A model generated the notes under the pieces. That model was not told the DNA's origin, did not search any database, and was given only the letters and a program-made list of their open reading frames with translations. DNA of 64,000 nucleotides, taken from assembly GCA_965277895.1 (NCBI GenBank), contig CBDIDR010000001.1, positions 74-64,073 of the forward strand. Reading direction: 5' to 3'. Shown piece by piece: positions 49,103 through 60,417 of the stretch. The position numbers and the translations under genes were made by a program. This stretch comes from Flavobacteriales bacterium (GTDB lineage: Bacteria > Bacteroidota > Bacteroidia > Flavobacteriales > UBA7312). How positions within the stretch are numbered: the stretch's first letter is position 1; each line of letters starts with the position of its first letter.

Positions 49103-50743
49103 CTAGTCAACGTTATCGTGTAAGAAATTATTGGGCTTTATTCCAATATTTTTATCATCGTCTTCTCCAAGAATATAATTAGACGCTTCTGACTCCGACG
49201 AATGTGCTACATCATCAAGTTCAACTTCACGTCGCTTATATGCTGGTTCACTTTCTAAATCAGTAAGTCCTGATGGAGTACGCAGTTTCATAGTTATTTC
49301 TCTAAGTCTATCCATTCTCTGACGACTTCTTAATGCCATTTGTTCGGCAGAAATACCATGATTAATTTGAGTAAACTCATCTTTCTCAACTTCATCTTTT
49401 AATTCTGTGATTACTTCTTCAGCCTCTTCCTCCATTTCTAAAGTATGGACAACCACTTCGTTTTCGTCAACATTATCTTCTTCAACTACTTCAGAAATAA
49501 CTTCTTTTTGTGGCTGGGGGCTTTCGCTTTGAATAGGGAAATCTATTGGACTTTCTTCTGAAGACTCCTCTTCTAAGGAAAAATTAAGCGTAGGTGCTTC
49601 TACATCTAACTCAAAGTTTAAAGTCGCTTGGGGTGTTTCATCAGTATCAAATTCTGCAGATGAATCATTATCTTCTTCCTCTACTACCTCATCAACAACT
49701 GTTTCATCGTTTTCCAAGTCATAAACCTTAGGTGTTTGCGGCTTAGTAGGACCTAAATTTTTATTGACTTTAAAGCCTGTTGCAATAACAGTTACACTAA
49801 TTTCATCATCCATTCCGTCTTCTACGCCAATACCTTCTATGATATTTACGTCAGAACCGGCAACATCCTGAATGTGTTTTTTAATGCTGAATAATTCGGT
49901 CATTCGAATTTCTTTTTCTCCTGGACCGGTTACAATTTTAAGAAGTACTTGTTGAGCACCTTTAATATTGTTGTCATGAAGTAGTGGAGAATCAAGTGCT
50001 GCCTCTATAGCTTCAATGGCACGATTATCGCCTGATGCGTAGGCTTGTCCCATTACAGCACTTCCACTGTCTTTCAAGACTCGCTTAGCATCATTAAGGT
50101 CAATATTAACCATCAATGTTTGTGAAATTACTTCCGCAATTCCTTTTGTAGCAGTATTTAATACTTCATTGGCTTTCGCAAAAGCTCTACTCAATGTTAA
50201 ATCTCCATATACTTCAATTAGCCTATCATTATTGATTACTAAAAGGGTATCTACGTTTGCTCTTAATTCTTCTAATCCTTGCTCCGCATACTGCTTTCTG
50301 TACCCTCCTTCAGTCCAAAAAGGAACGGTTACAACTGCAACTGTTAGGATTTCTTTTTCTCTCGCTACACGAGCGATTACTGGGGCAGCACCAGTTCCTG
50401 TACCACCACCCATTCCAGCAGTAATGAATAGCATTTTTGTATTGCTTTCGAGTAATTCGTCAATACGGTCAATACTTTCTTCGGCTGCCTTTCTACCGAT
50501 TTCAGGATTTGCTCCAGCTCCTAACCCTTCGGTTATTTCTGCACCAATCTGAATTTTGGTTGTGATTGGGCTAGCTTCTAATGCTTGCAAGTCTGTATTG
50601 CAAACCGCAAAGTCAACCCCTTCGATTCCATGTTCATACATGTAGTTCACAGCATTGCTTCCGCCTCCGCCAACACCTATCACTTTTATGACCGATGATT
50701 GGTTTTTTGGTAAGTCAAATGCTAATACACTTTCGTTTGTCAT
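49103..50743 (-). CDS. ftsZ: Cell division protein FtsZ with a long acidic C-terminal linker
   Basis: Tubulin signature GGGTGTGAAPV. Its 546 aa include a ~150-aa Glu/Asp-rich linker. Confidence 0.98.
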   Translation of the reverse strand: MTNESVLAFDLPKNQSSVIKVIGVGGGGSNAVNYMYEHGIEGVDFAVCNTDLQALEASPITTKIQIGAEITEGLGAGANPEIGRKAAEESIDRIDELLESNTKMLFITAGMGGGTGTGAAPVIARVAREKEILTVAVVTVPFWTEGGYRKQYAEQGLEELRANVDTLLVINNDRLIEVYGDLTLSRAFAKANEVLNTATKGIAEVISQTLMVNIDLNDAKRVLKDSGSAVMGQAYASGDNRAIEAIEAALDSPLLHDNNIKGAQQVLLKIVTGPGEKEIRMTELFSIKKHIQDVAGSDVNIIEGIGVEDGMDDEISVTVIATGFKVNKNLGPTKPQTPKVYDLENDETVVDEVVEEEDNDSSAEFDTDETPQATLNFELDVEAPTLNFSLEEESSEESPIDFPIQSESPQPQKEVISEVVEEDNVDENEVVVHTLEMEEEAEEVITELKDEVEKDEFTQINHGISAEQMALRSRQRMDRLREITMKLRTPSGLTDLESEPAYKRREVELDDVAHSSESEASNYILGEDDDKNIGIKPNNFLHDNVD

Positions 50744-50775
50744 TGTCTTAGTTATTAATTTGTTAATAGTTCAGT

Positions 50776-52044
50776 TTATTCGTCGTTTGTTAAAAAATTA
50801 TCAATTTTATCGAGCATCTTCTTAAAGAAGTCGCCCATTCCTCCATTGTTTGTAGTTTTACTAGAGCTTGTACTTAGCTCATCGCCATTATCCTCTTCTA
50901 AAAATTTCATTACTAATCCCACACCTGTAGCATACATAGGACTACTAACATCTATTGGTGAATTGGATGATAAATGCTCATTGGGATAACCAATTCTACA
51001 TTCTATACCAGTATGGAACTCAACTAATTGCCCAATGTGTTTGAGTTGGCTACCACCACCTGTAAGCACAATTCCTGTGATTAGTTTCCTTTCATATCCT
51101 GAGTTTTTAATCTCATGATGAACTAGTTCTATAATTTCTTCTACTCTAGCTTGAATAATATTAGCTAGATTTTTTAGTGATATTTCCTTAGGTTCTCTTC
51201 CTCTTAATCCAGGAATTGATACAATCTCATTTTCTTTGTTTTGACTTGCTAATGCAGAACCAAACTTTACTTTTAATAGCTCTGCTTGATTTTCTAATAT
51301 GGAACAGCCTTCTTTGATATCTTGAGTAATAATATTTCCTCCAAATGGAATGACTGCTGTGTGTCTTATAATACCGTCTTTAAAGATTGCAACATCAGTC
51401 GTTCCACCCCCAATGTCTACAAGAGCAACACCGGCTTCTAATTCTTGAACATCAAGTACAGAAGTAGCAGATGCTAAGGGCTCAAGAGTAAGGCCCGTCA
51501 TGGCAAGACCAGCATTATTTACGCACTTTTTTATGTTAGAGATAGCGGCTGTCTGACCTGTAATGATATGAAAGTTAGCCTCGAGCTGAACGCCAACCAT
51601 TCCTCTTGGATCTGGGAAATTATCTTGCTTATCTACAATATATTCTTGTGGTATAACGTGAATAATTTCTTCCCCTGGTACCATTACAAGCTTATACATA
51701 TTCTGCATTAACTTATTAATGTCGGCATCGTTAATCTCAGTTTCTAGATTTTCTCTGACGAGCTGACCTCTGTGTTGTAAACTTTTTATGTGCTGACCTG
51801 CAATCCCAACATTTACGTTTTTAAGCTCTAGACCAGATGAGTCAATAGCTTCTTCTAAAGCTTTTTGAATGGACTGAGTGGTTTTATCAATATTAGCGAC
51901 AATACCACGCATTACACCAGTAGATGGAGCTTTACCCATTCCTAGGATTTCTATTTTTCCATGCTCGTTTTTTCGGCCAACAATAACAGTAATTTTCGTT
52001 GTACCGATATCTAAACCAACAGCTATATTTGAGATACTATCCAT
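50776..52044 (-). CDS. ftsA: Cell division protein FtsA
   Basis: Actin-like ATPase motifs GLDIGTTKI and VDIGGGTTD. Confidence 0.95.
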   Translation of the reverse strand: MDSISNIAVGLDIGTTKITVIVGRKNEHGKIEILGMGKAPSTGVMRGIVANIDKTTQSIQKALEEAIDSSGLELKNVNVGIAGQHIKSLQHRGQLVRENLETEINDADINKLMQNMYKLVMVPGEEIIHVIPQEYIVDKQDNFPDPRGMVGVQLEANFHIITGQTAAISNIKKCVNNAGLAMTGLTLEPLASATSVLDVQELEAGVALVDIGGGTTDVAIFKDGIIRHTAVIPFGGNIITQDIKEGCSILENQAELLKVKFGSALASQNKENEIVSIPGLRGREPKEISLKNLANIIQARVEEIIELVHHEIKNSGYERKLITGIVLTGGGSQLKHIGQLVEFHTGIECRIGYPNEHLSSNSPIDVSSPMYATGVGLVMKFLEEDNGDELSTSSSKTTNNGGMGDFFKKMLDKIDNFLTNDE

Positions 52045-52050
52045 AATTAT

Positions 52051-52776
52051 TTATTTTTTTACACAAACAATTTGATCTTTAAACTTCAGATTTATTTCTT
52101 TATAATTATTCCATCCTGTTTGCTTTACGCCTTCAGAATAGAACAACTTTAATTTCTTAAACTTTTCTTCATATCCATTTATATTTCCTAAAAGGATATT
52201 GTGATTTCCAACTCTAGGTATTAATTCTATCTCTTTATTTTCTTTTATATAAATCTGAATAATTTGAGATTTTAAAAAAGGGTCAGTATTAATATGAGCC
52301 GCTAGCATATTTATAGTCGACAAATCAATACTGTCTTTGATATTGCCGTTTGCAACTAATAAGCGTTTGGTATAATTTGTGGACAAGTCGAAAATTGCTC
52401 CTTCTTCATCCATGTAGAACTCTTTTTGATTGGTAGACTTTACACGTACTATTGGGTCTTTTTGTTCTACATCAATTTTTAGTCGACCATCGAGCGTTAC
52501 ATACACCTCAGCATTTTCAATGTTTTTTTGCTGCTCAATTTTATGCTCAATTTCATAGAGTGGTAATTGAGTTATTGACTGACCTACTATACTGTCAGAT
52601 ATTGACTCCATTAGCAAAATGACTTCCCCTTGAGTAATAAGTGAACCTTCTTCAGCACCTAGATCTATACGATAGTCTGTACATTTTTTATCATCATGAC
52701 GCATACTTGTGAAGCCTAATAGAACTATCAAGCCAGCAAATAGAATGGTATGTGTTATGATACTAATCCACTTCAT
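52051..52776 (-). CDS. ftsQ: Cell division protein FtsQ
   Basis: It has a single N-terminal TM helix and POTRA-like and FtsQ-type domains. It sits between murC and ftsA. Confidence 0.8.
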   Translation of the reverse strand: MKWISIITHTILFAGLIVLLGFTSMRHDDKKCTDYRIDLGAEEGSLITQGEVILLMESISDSIVGQSITQLPLYEIEHKIEQQKNIENAEVYVTLDGRLKIDVEQKDPIVRVKSTNQKEFYMDEEGAIFDLSTNYTKRLLVANGNIKDSIDLSTINMLAAHINTDPFLKSQIIQIYIKENKEIELIPRVGNHNILLGNINGYEEKFKKLKLFYSEGVKQTGWNNYKEINLKFKDQIVCVKK

Positions 52777-54166
52777 CTTGATAACATTGTGTTAGTGGTT
52801 CAATAAATCTGTCTATATCTCCAGCACCCATTGTGAGTAATACTTCTCTTTTAGGGTGGGTTAACTCTTCTATTAATAATTCTTTAGGAATGATATGTTT
52901 TTCACTTTTGGAAATCTTTTCTAACAACATTTCTGAGCTAACGCCTTCTATTGGGAGCTCTCTAGCAGGATAAATATCCAATAATAAAACCTCATCTGCC
53001 AAAGACAAAGATTCTCCAAATTCATCTGCAAAATCACGAGTTCTGCTGTATAAATGGGGCTGAAATACTGCTGTAATTTTCTTATTCGGGAACAACTGCT
53101 TAGTAGCTTCGAGGGTAGCTTTCACTTCTTCAGGATGATGGGCGTAATCATCAATGTATACATACTTTCCATTAGCATGAAACTCATATCTTCTCTTGAC
53201 ACCTCTAAATGAGGCGATAGCTGATTTTATATCTGCAGAATTTGCACCTAAATATGAAGCTACAACTGTTGCTGCAAGGGCATTTTCTACATTATGTTTT
53301 CCGGGTAATTTCAGCACTACGTCTTTTAGCTGATGTTCATATACTTGTCCTGGTAAAATATCAATAAACTGTGCGTCAAAAACTTGGTTTGCATTTTCTA
53401 ACCTCAAGTTTGTCGCATAGTTATCTGCTTTGACCGATGATGAGTAGCTTAATTGTAACGTATCATCGTCGGTATTGAAATCAATATCAATTGTTTTGTT
53501 GACCAACAACATGCCCTCTGACTTGAGGTTATTAACGAAAGCTTTAAATGTATTTTTAACATCATTCGCATCTTGATATACATCTAAATGATCAGCGTCT
53601 ACAGATGTTACTACAATTATATCTGGATTGAGCTTTAGAAACGATTTATCATACTCATCGGCTTCAACGACCACTATATTCCCCTTTTTAGAGAGTAGGA
53701 GATTAGAATTTAGGTTGGTGCTTATCCCACCTAAAAAAGCAGTACAATCAATGTTACAACTCTTGAGTAAATGGGCTAAAATGCAAGAAGTAGTGGTTTT
53801 GCCATGTGTTCCTGAAACGGCTATGGTATATGCATCTTGTGTAATTAGCCCTAATAGCTCTGCACGTTTTAATACATTCCACCTTTTGGGTTTAAAATAT
53901 TGAAGCTGATAGCTATCCAAACTCACAGCCGGTGTATATACCACCAATAGTGAATGATGATTTGTAGTTTTAATGTGTTCAGGAATGTGATTAGCATCAA
54001 AATGTATATCAATCCCCTCTTCTTGAAGTTGATTGGTTAATTCTGAAGGTGTTTTGTCATAGCCACATACTTCTAAGCCTTTTGAATTAAAATAGCGTGC
54101 TAGTGCCGACATTCCTATGCCGCCGACACCAATAAAATAAAGTTTTTCAAATAATTTAATATTCAT
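52763..54166 (-). CDS. murC: UDP-N-acetylmuramate--L-alanine ligase
   Basis: Mur ligase P-loop GTHGKTTT and an N-terminal Rossmann motif GVGGIGMS. Confidence 0.95.
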   Translation of the reverse strand: MNIKLFEKLYFIGVGGIGMSALARYFNSKGLEVCGYDKTPSELTNQLQEEGIDIHFDANHIPEHIKTTNHHSLLVVYTPAVSLDSYQLQYFKPKRWNVLKRAELLGLITQDAYTIAVSGTHGKTTTSCILAHLLKSCNIDCTAFLGGISTNLNSNLLLSKKGNIVVVEADEYDKSFLKLNPDIIVVTSVDADHLDVYQDANDVKNTFKAFVNNLKSEGMLLVNKTIDIDFNTDDDTLQLSYSSSVKADNYATNLRLENANQVFDAQFIDILPGQVYEHQLKDVVLKLPGKHNVENALAATVVASYLGANSADIKSAIASFRGVKRRYEFHANGKYVYIDDYAHHPEEVKATLEATKQLFPNKKITAVFQPHLYSRTRDFADEFGESLSLADEVLLLDIYPARELPIEGVSSEMLLEKISKSEKHIIPKELLIEELTHPKREVLLTMGAGDIDRFIEPLTQCYQDEVD

Positions 54167-55267
54167 TTAATCTATCAACTTTAATACTTCATCTACTATT
54201 AATTTCGAGGAGTCAACAATTGCTAGTTTTTTTATGTTCTTAGCTAATTCCTCTTGTTTTTTGTTGTCTTTGAGCAATTCTCTTAATGTTTTGCCCAAAT
54301 CGTTTTTTGCTTCTATATCTTTTACCATTATTGCTGCACTTTTATCCACCAAAGCCATCGCATTTTTAGTTTGATGATCTTCAGCGACATTCGGCGAAGG
54401 AACAAGTATCGAGGGCTTTCCTACCAAGCATAGCTCTGAAATAGTACTCGCTCCAGCTCTAGAAATTATTATATCTGCAACACTATAAGCTAAATCCATT
54501 TCATATATAAATGCACTCGCTTGAATATTCTTTTTATCCTTTGTGAGTTCTAAGGCTTGTTTTTCAAATGTGATTCCAGTTTGCCATATCAATTGAATAT
54601 CATTAGATTCTAAATCATCAATCAAAGCTGCCATGGATTCATTTATAGTTCTAGCTCCTAAACTACCTCCTATTACTAGTATAATGGGCTTGTTTTCATC
54701 CAGTTTAAAATGCTTAATGCCTTGTGCCTTTTTGGATGAGCTATCAATCAAATCTTTTCTGATAGGATTACCCAATAGTAAAAGTTTATCTTCTGGGAAG
54801 AATCGCTGCATATTTTCATAGGCAACACATATCTTTTGTACTGACTTTGACAATAATTTATTAGTGATTCCCGGATATGAATTTTGTTCTTGAATAAGAG
54901 CAGGTATGGACAATTTAGATGCTACAAATAATAAAGGACCACTAGCATAACCGCCTGTTCCAATGACTACAGCAGGTTTAAATTTTCTAACGATGAAGAA
55001 AGACTTTAATAAGCTAAATAGCAATTTAAATGGAAATGATAGATTTCTTGTGTCTCGCCAATTTCTTTGAAAGCCATTAATACTTAATCCTTTTATAGGG
55101 TATCCAGCTTTAGGCACTTTCTCCATCTCCATTCGTCCTTTTGCTCCTACAAAAAGAATGTCAATGTCCTTTATTCTGGACTTCAATTCGTTTGCAATCG
55201 AAATCGCTGGAAAGATATGTCCTCCAGTACCACCGCCGCTTATGATTACCTTAACTGACATTGGCAC
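54167..55267 (-). CDS. murG: Undecaprenyldiphospho-muramoylpentapeptide beta-N-acetylglucosaminyltransferase
   Basis: G-loop SGGGTGGHIFPA. The start could also be the ATG at 55261. Confidence 0.95.
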   Translation of the reverse strand: MPMSVKVIISGGGTGGHIFPAISIANELKSRIKDIDILFVGAKGRMEMEKVPKAGYPIKGLSINGFQRNWRDTRNLSFPFKLLFSLLKSFFIVRKFKPAVVIGTGGYASGPLLFVASKLSIPALIQEQNSYPGITNKLLSKSVQKICVAYENMQRFFPEDKLLLLGNPIRKDLIDSSSKKAQGIKHFKLDENKPIILVIGGSLGARTINESMAALIDDLESNDIQLIWQTGITFEKQALELTKDKKNIQASAFIYEMDLAYSVADIIISRAGASTISELCLVGKPSILVPSPNVAEDHQTKNAMALVDKSAAIMVKDIEAKNDLGKTLRELLKDNKKQEELAKNIKKLAIVDSSKLIVDEVLKLID

Positions 55268-56417
55268 TGATTTTTGATACGTTAATTCCTTTACTTGTAC
55301 TCAATATAATTCCAAATGATATACAAGTGAATATTACAGAAACCCCACCCATACTTATCATTGGCAAGGTTTGTCCTGTTACGGGGAATAAATCCACTGC
55401 AACCGCCATATTTATAAAGGCTTGAAACACTAATGATATACTTAGTCCTACTCCTAAATATGCTGCTAATGGGTCAGGGGCTAAATTAAAAATACGTTTA
55501 CCTCGTAATAGTAAAACGATATATGCAAAGACAACAGCTATACCTCCCAAAGCCCCCCATTCTTCAATAAGAATAGCATAAACGTAATCGGAGTTTGGTA
55601 ATGGCAATACATTTCTTTGCGTACTCTTACCTGGACCTCTTCCCTTTATACCTCCATTGACTATGGCAATTTTTGCATGTGTAACTTGATAATTAGCATC
55701 GCTACTTACAGATTTATCTTGTGAAAAATTCTTAACTCTATTTACCCAAGTTTGAGCTCTTGGGAATGTTTTTTGTAGAGAAGGAATGGTAAGTGATAGG
55801 CTAATTACAATAGCTCCTAAGCCGATGATTCCAACTACAAGTAAGGATAAATATCTAAATGGGACACCGCCTAAGTACAATAACATAAGGTTAGCAGCAA
55901 ATATCATTGCAGCTGTTGAGAAATTAGCTGGGAAAATGATGGCACACACCAAAAGAAGAGGGGCAAATAATTTCCATACTACACTTTTAAAATCGGTAAT
56001 GTTGTCTTGAATTTTGACTAATTGACGTGCTAAAAATACCGTGATAGCAATTTTTCCAATTTCAAATGTATTTATTGGCATATCACCAATAGTAATCCAT
56101 CGACTCGCATCATTTAATGATGTTCCAAAAGCTACTGTGTAGATTAGTATTGGTATGGCAATTATGAATCCTAATTGACCAAGTCTAGAATAGTATTTAT
56201 GTGGAATTTTGTGTATGAAATAAATGAATATTAAACCTATAATTAGGAATCTACAGTGCTTAAAAAATAAATACCAAGTGTTTCCTCCATAAGATGTATA
56301 GGCTAAACCTCCTGTTGCACTATACACCACTACAATGGAAACAAACACCAAGAAGAATATCACCGCCCAAATTCGGGTGTCACCTTCTAAATTGATATAT
56401 TTTTTAAATAAGCCCAT
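55251..56417 (-). CDS. ftsW: SEDS family cell division protein FtsW
   Basis: A polytopic FtsW/RodA/SpoVE-type protein (PNSDYVYAI, GQTLPMISMGG) located between murD and murG. Confidence 0.9.
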   Translation of the reverse strand: MGLFKKYINLEGDTRIWAVIFFLVFVSIVVVYSATGGLAYTSYGGNTWYLFFKHCRFLIIGLIFIYFIHKIPHKYYSRLGQLGFIIAIPILIYTVAFGTSLNDASRWITIGDMPINTFEIGKIAITVFLARQLVKIQDNITDFKSVVWKLFAPLLLVCAIIFPANFSTAAMIFAANLMLLYLGGVPFRYLSLLVVGIIGLGAIVISLSLTIPSLQKTFPRAQTWVNRVKNFSQDKSVSSDANYQVTHAKIAIVNGGIKGRGPGKSTQRNVLPLPNSDYVYAILIEEWGALGGIAVVFAYIVLLLRGKRIFNLAPDPLAAYLGVGLSISLVFQAFINMAVAVDLFPVTGQTLPMISMGGVSVIFTCISFGIILSTSKGINVSKISANVS

Positions 56418-57743
56418 TTATAATGTTCTGACCATAGATTTAAATTCATACCCTCTGTGCTCATAGTTTTCAAACAAATCAAAACTTGCACATGCTGGAG
56501 ATAATAATACAGCGTCACCTTTTAATGCACTACTGTATGATAAATTCACAGCTTCTTTCATATCTGAAGCAAAAAGCATCTCTACTCCAGTATTCTCAAA
56601 AGAGTTTTTTATTGACTCAATATTTTCTCCTAAGCAAACAATAGCCTTGACTTTTTCCTTTACTAATGGTATTAGTGAAGAATAGTCATTCCCCTTATCT
56701 ACTCCACCAACTATCCATATGGTGTTTTTGGTCATGCTTTCTAGAGCATACCAAGTAGAGTTTACGTTTGTTGCTTTAGAATCATTGATAAACTCAATAC
56801 CGTGTACTTTTATCACTCTCTCAAGTCGGTGTTCTACGTTTTTGAAATCAATAAGACTTTCTCTTATTATATCTTTCTTTAAATCTAAAATCCTAGAAGC
56901 AATAGATGCCGCCATGGAATTGTAGATGTTGTGTTTGCCCTGAAGGGCTAGTTGTTGAATATTCATAATAAATGACTTATCATTAATGTTTAATTTTATT
57001 TCATCTTTATCTAAATAAGCACCTTGTTCTTGCGTCTTCTTTATGGAAAAAGGTAAACACTGTGCTTGTGTCGTTAAATGTTCAGTTATGTTACTATCAT
57101 CATCACAATAGATTAAATAGTCACTACTGTCCTGATTCATTGTAATTCTTAGTTTCGATTGAATGTAATTCTGAATATTATTAGCATACCTGTACAAATG
57201 GTCTGCAGTAATATTTAATAGAATCGCTATGTGGGGTTTAAAGGAACGTATTCCATCAAGTTGAAAGCTGCTGAGTTCCAAAACATAGTAGTCGTATTTT
57301 TCGGTAGCAACTTGTAAGGCAAAACTTTCTCCAATATTTCCTGCAACACCTACATTGAGTCCTGCTTTTTTTAGCATATGCCCAATCAGAAGGGTTGTAG
57401 TTGTTTTTCCGTTACTACCAGTAATTCCAATAATTTTTGCATCTGTAAATTGAACTGCAAACTCTATTTCTGAAACTACAGATATTCCTGCTTCTTTCAA
57501 ATCCATTATTATTGGAATAGTGTCTGGAATACCAGGACTTTTGATAATAATATCAGCATCGAAAAAACGAGAATCGGTGTGTTTCTCTTCCTCCCACTCA
57601 ATCTCATTATGTGTAAGAACATTTTTGTATTTCTCCTTAATCTTTCCATTATCAGAAAGAAATACACTAAATCCTTTTTGTTGTGCTAAAACAGCTGCTC
57701 CACAACCGCTTTCTCCGCCGCCTAACACAACTACTTTTTCCAT
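56418..57743 (-). CDS. murD: UDP-N-acetylmuramoylalanine--D-glutamate ligase
   Basis: N-terminal GGGESG and the Mur ligase P-loop GSNGKTTT. Confidence 0.95.
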   Translation of the reverse strand: MEKVVVLGGGESGCGAAVLAQQKGFSVFLSDNGKIKEKYKNVLTHNEIEWEEEKHTDSRFFDADIIIKSPGIPDTIPIIMDLKEAGISVVSEIEFAVQFTDAKIIGITGSNGKTTTTLLIGHMLKKAGLNVGVAGNIGESFALQVATEKYDYYVLELSSFQLDGIRSFKPHIAILLNITADHLYRYANNIQNYIQSKLRITMNQDSSDYLIYCDDDSNITEHLTTQAQCLPFSIKKTQEQGAYLDKDEIKLNINDKSFIMNIQQLALQGKHNIYNSMAASIASRILDLKKDIIRESLIDFKNVEHRLERVIKVHGIEFINDSKATNVNSTWYALESMTKNTIWIVGGVDKGNDYSSLIPLVKEKVKAIVCLGENIESIKNSFENTGVEMLFASDMKEAVNLSYSSALKGDAVLLSPACASFDLFENYEHRGYEFKSMVRTL

Positions 57744-58957
57744 TATCTTAGTTTAAGTGTGACAATCGTTAGTATTGCTAACATCACTCCCACAATCCAA
57801 AACCGTGTTACTATTTTACTTTCATGCATACCTAGTTTTTGAAAATGATGGTGTAAGGGTGCCATTTTAAATATGCGTCTTCCTTCTCCAAACTTCTTTT
57901 TGGTATACTTGAAAAAGGATACCTGCATCATTACTGAAAGATTCTCTACTAAGAATATTCCACATAAGACCGGTATCAATAATTCTTTTCTTATTGCTAT
58001 TGCGAATACGGCTATTATTCCGCCTAGTGCTAAACTTCCTGTATCACCCATAAAAACTTGTGCTGGGAAAGAGTTGTACCAAAGAAAGCCTACACAAGCC
58101 CCCACAAAGGATGCCATGTAAATCACTAACTCCCCAGAGTTCGGCAAGTACATTATGTTTAGATAGTCAGCAAAGAATACATTACCCGAAACATAGGCCA
58201 GAATACCCAAAGTCGCTCCAATAATTGCTGAAGTACCAGTGGCTAAACCGTCCAATCCATCAGTCATATTTGCTCCATTACTAACTGCTGTAACTATAAA
58301 AATGACAATTAAAACAAAAGCTATCCAGGCGTATGATGCAGCATCATCTCCCATCCAAGAGACTAACCTTGAGTAATCAAATTCATTATTTTTTACGAAT
58401 GGAATAGTTGTCTTAAGAGATTTTATTTCTTCTCCAAATACAACTTCTTGATTTACCGCTGCATCACCTCTAATTTCTTCTTTAATAGTTATGCCATCGT
58501 TGAAGTAAATTGTAAATCCTATGATAATTCCTAGACCAACTTGTCCAATGATTTTAAATCGTCCTGCTAAGCCTTCTTTATCTTTTTTGAAGACCTTGAT
58601 GTAATCGTCAATAAAGCCTATTATGCCTAACCATATTGTAGATATTATCATTAGGATGATATATATGTTTGAAAGCTTTGCGAATAAAACCGTTGGTAAT
58701 AAAATAGCTGCTATGATGATGAGCCCGCCCATTGTTGGAGTACCCTTCTTTTGTGCTTCTCCTTGTAGTCCAAGCTCTCTTACTTCTTCGCCTATCTGTT
58801 TGCTTCTAATGAAATTTATTATGCGACCACCAAAGACCATTGACACTAACAAAGAAGTAATCACTGCCATTGCTGCCCTAAAAGAAATGTATTGAAATAC
58901 TCCTGCTCCTGGAAGCTGGTAGGTAGAATCGAGATATTCAAATAGGTAATAAAGCAT
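57743..58957 (-). CDS. mraY: Phospho-N-acetylmuramoyl-pentapeptide transferase
   Basis: A polytopic protein with [12 protein letters not shown] and [12 protein letters not shown] motifs. Confidence 0.97.
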   Translation of the reverse strand: MLYYLFEYLDSTYQLPGAGVFQYISFRAAMAVITSLLVSMVFGGRIINFIRSKQIGEEVRELGLQGEAQKKGTPTMGGLIIIAAILLPTVLFAKLSNIYIILMIISTIWLGIIGFIDDYIKVFKKDKEGLAGRFKIIGQVGLGIIIGFTIYFNDGITIKEEIRGDAAVNQEVVFGEEIKSLKTTIPFVKNNEFDYSRLVSWMGDDAASYAWIAFVLIVIFIVTAVSNGANMTDGLDGLATGTSAIIGATLGILAYVSGNVFFADYLNIMYLPNSGELVIYMASFVGACVGFLWYNSFPAQVFMGDTGSLALGGIIAVFAIAIRKELLIPVLCGIFLVENLSVMMQVSFFKYTKKKFGEGRRIFKMAPLHHHFQKLGMHESKIVTRFWIVGVMLAILTIVTLKLR

Positions 58958-60417
58958 TAGTCTTGTAATAGGTTAAATGTGTGTTTCAATTCTTCTTTAT
59001 CGTCAAAAGGCAATTTGTCTCCCTTTATTTCTTGGTACTTTTCATGTCCTTTACCAGCAATAAGGATTATATCTCCTTGTTGTGCTAATGAACAGGCCGT
59101 CTTAATAGCTGCTTTTCTATCGCTAATAGTGAGTACTTTCTTGAGGTTTACAGCTTCGACTCCAGACAGTATTTCATCTATAATTTTATCTGGATTTTCA
59201 GAACGTGGATTATCACTAGTAACGACTACTTTTTCACTTAGTTCAGAAGCAATTTTGCCCATTTTTGAACGCTTACTTTTATCTCTGTCACCGCCACAAC
59301 CAAATACTGTGATTAACTTTTGGTCTTGCTTTATATCATTGATGGTATTAATAACATTGAGTAAAGCATCGGGTGTGTGTGCATAATCCACTATGCCTAC
59401 TTTTCCATCTTCAGAACGGCTTATATCAAAGCGTCCTTCAGCACTGTTTAAAGCACTTATTGTCGTGAGTGCTTGTGTTTCGTCTTGTCCCAATAAAATT
59501 GCCGTTGAGTAAATTGCCAAAAGGTTATAGGCATTAAATTTTCCTATCAACTTGGTCCATACCTCTTTACCATCACAGTTTAGCAACATACCATCGAATC
59601 GGCTTTCTAAGATTTTTACTTTAAAGTCAGCCGAAGATTTCTGAGCAAAGGTGTACGCTTTAGCTGTGCAGTGGTGCAACATAGTTAGCCCATGTCTATC
59701 GTCCTTATTCACTAATGCAAAGGCATCGCTTGGAAGGTAATCGAACAAGGCTTTTTTTGCTAAAATATAATCGTCAAATGTTTGGTGGTAGTCCAAATGG
59801 TCATGACTGATGTTCATAAAAATAGCTCCTTTCAATGCTAAGCCAAACATCCTATTTTGATGAATAGCATGAGAACTTGCCTCCATAAAACAATACTTAC
59901 AGCCTTCTTTTACCATTTCTGATAACAACTGATTAATGCTTAATGCATCTGGAGTTGTATGGGTTGATGGTAAGGTGTTGTATCCTATTTTATTGACAAT
60001 GGTAGAAAGTTTTCCTGCTTTCTCCCCTATTGATTGATAGTATTCATGTAATAATGTAGCTACCGATGTTTTTCCGTTTGTTCCAGTAATCGCTACAACA
60101 TTTAATTTTTCTGAAGGATTGTCATAGAAGTTGGCAGCAAGTATGCCTAAGGATTGAGAACTATCATTTACCCTTATGTAAGTTACTCCCTCTGGCTTGG
60201 GCAAAGGTAATTCTTCAGCCAAGATAGCAATAGCACCTTTTTCAATAGCTTGTTCGATGAATTTATGTCCGTCTACTTGAGTACCTCTAACAGCAACAAA
60301 CAAAGAGTCTTTGGCTACATTTCTTGAGTCAAAACAAATTTGAGGAATAGCTATATGAGTAGAGCCTGCACACTCAAGCATTTCAACCTTATATAATATG
60401 TCTTGTAATAACTTCAC
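58957..60417 (-). CDS. murE: UDP-N-acetylmuramoyl-L-alanyl-D-glutamate--2,6-diaminopimelate ligase
   Basis: P-loop GTNGKTS and the DAP-specificity motif DNPR ([10 protein letters not shown]). Confidence 0.95.
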   Translation of the reverse strand: MKLLQDILYKVEMLECAGSTHIAIPQICFDSRNVAKDSLFVAVRGTQVDGHKFIEQAIEKGAIAILAEELPLPKPEGVTYIRVNDSSQSLGILAANFYDNPSEKLNVVAITGTNGKTSVATLLHEYYQSIGEKAGKLSTIVNKIGYNTLPSTHTTPDALSINQLLSEMVKEGCKYCFMEASSHAIHQNRMFGLALKGAIFMNISHDHLDYHQTFDDYILAKKALFDYLPSDAFALVNKDDRHGLTMLHHCTAKAYTFAQKSSADFKVKILESRFDGMLLNCDGKEVWTKLIGKFNAYNLLAIYSTAILLGQDETQALTTISALNSAEGRFDISRSEDGKVGIVDYAHTPDALLNVINTINDIKQDQKLITVFGCGGDRDKSKRSKMGKIASELSEKVVVTSDNPRSENPDKIIDEILSGVEAVNLKKVLTISDRKAAIKTACSLAQQGDIILIAGKGHEKYQEIKGDKLPFDDKEELKHTFNLLQD

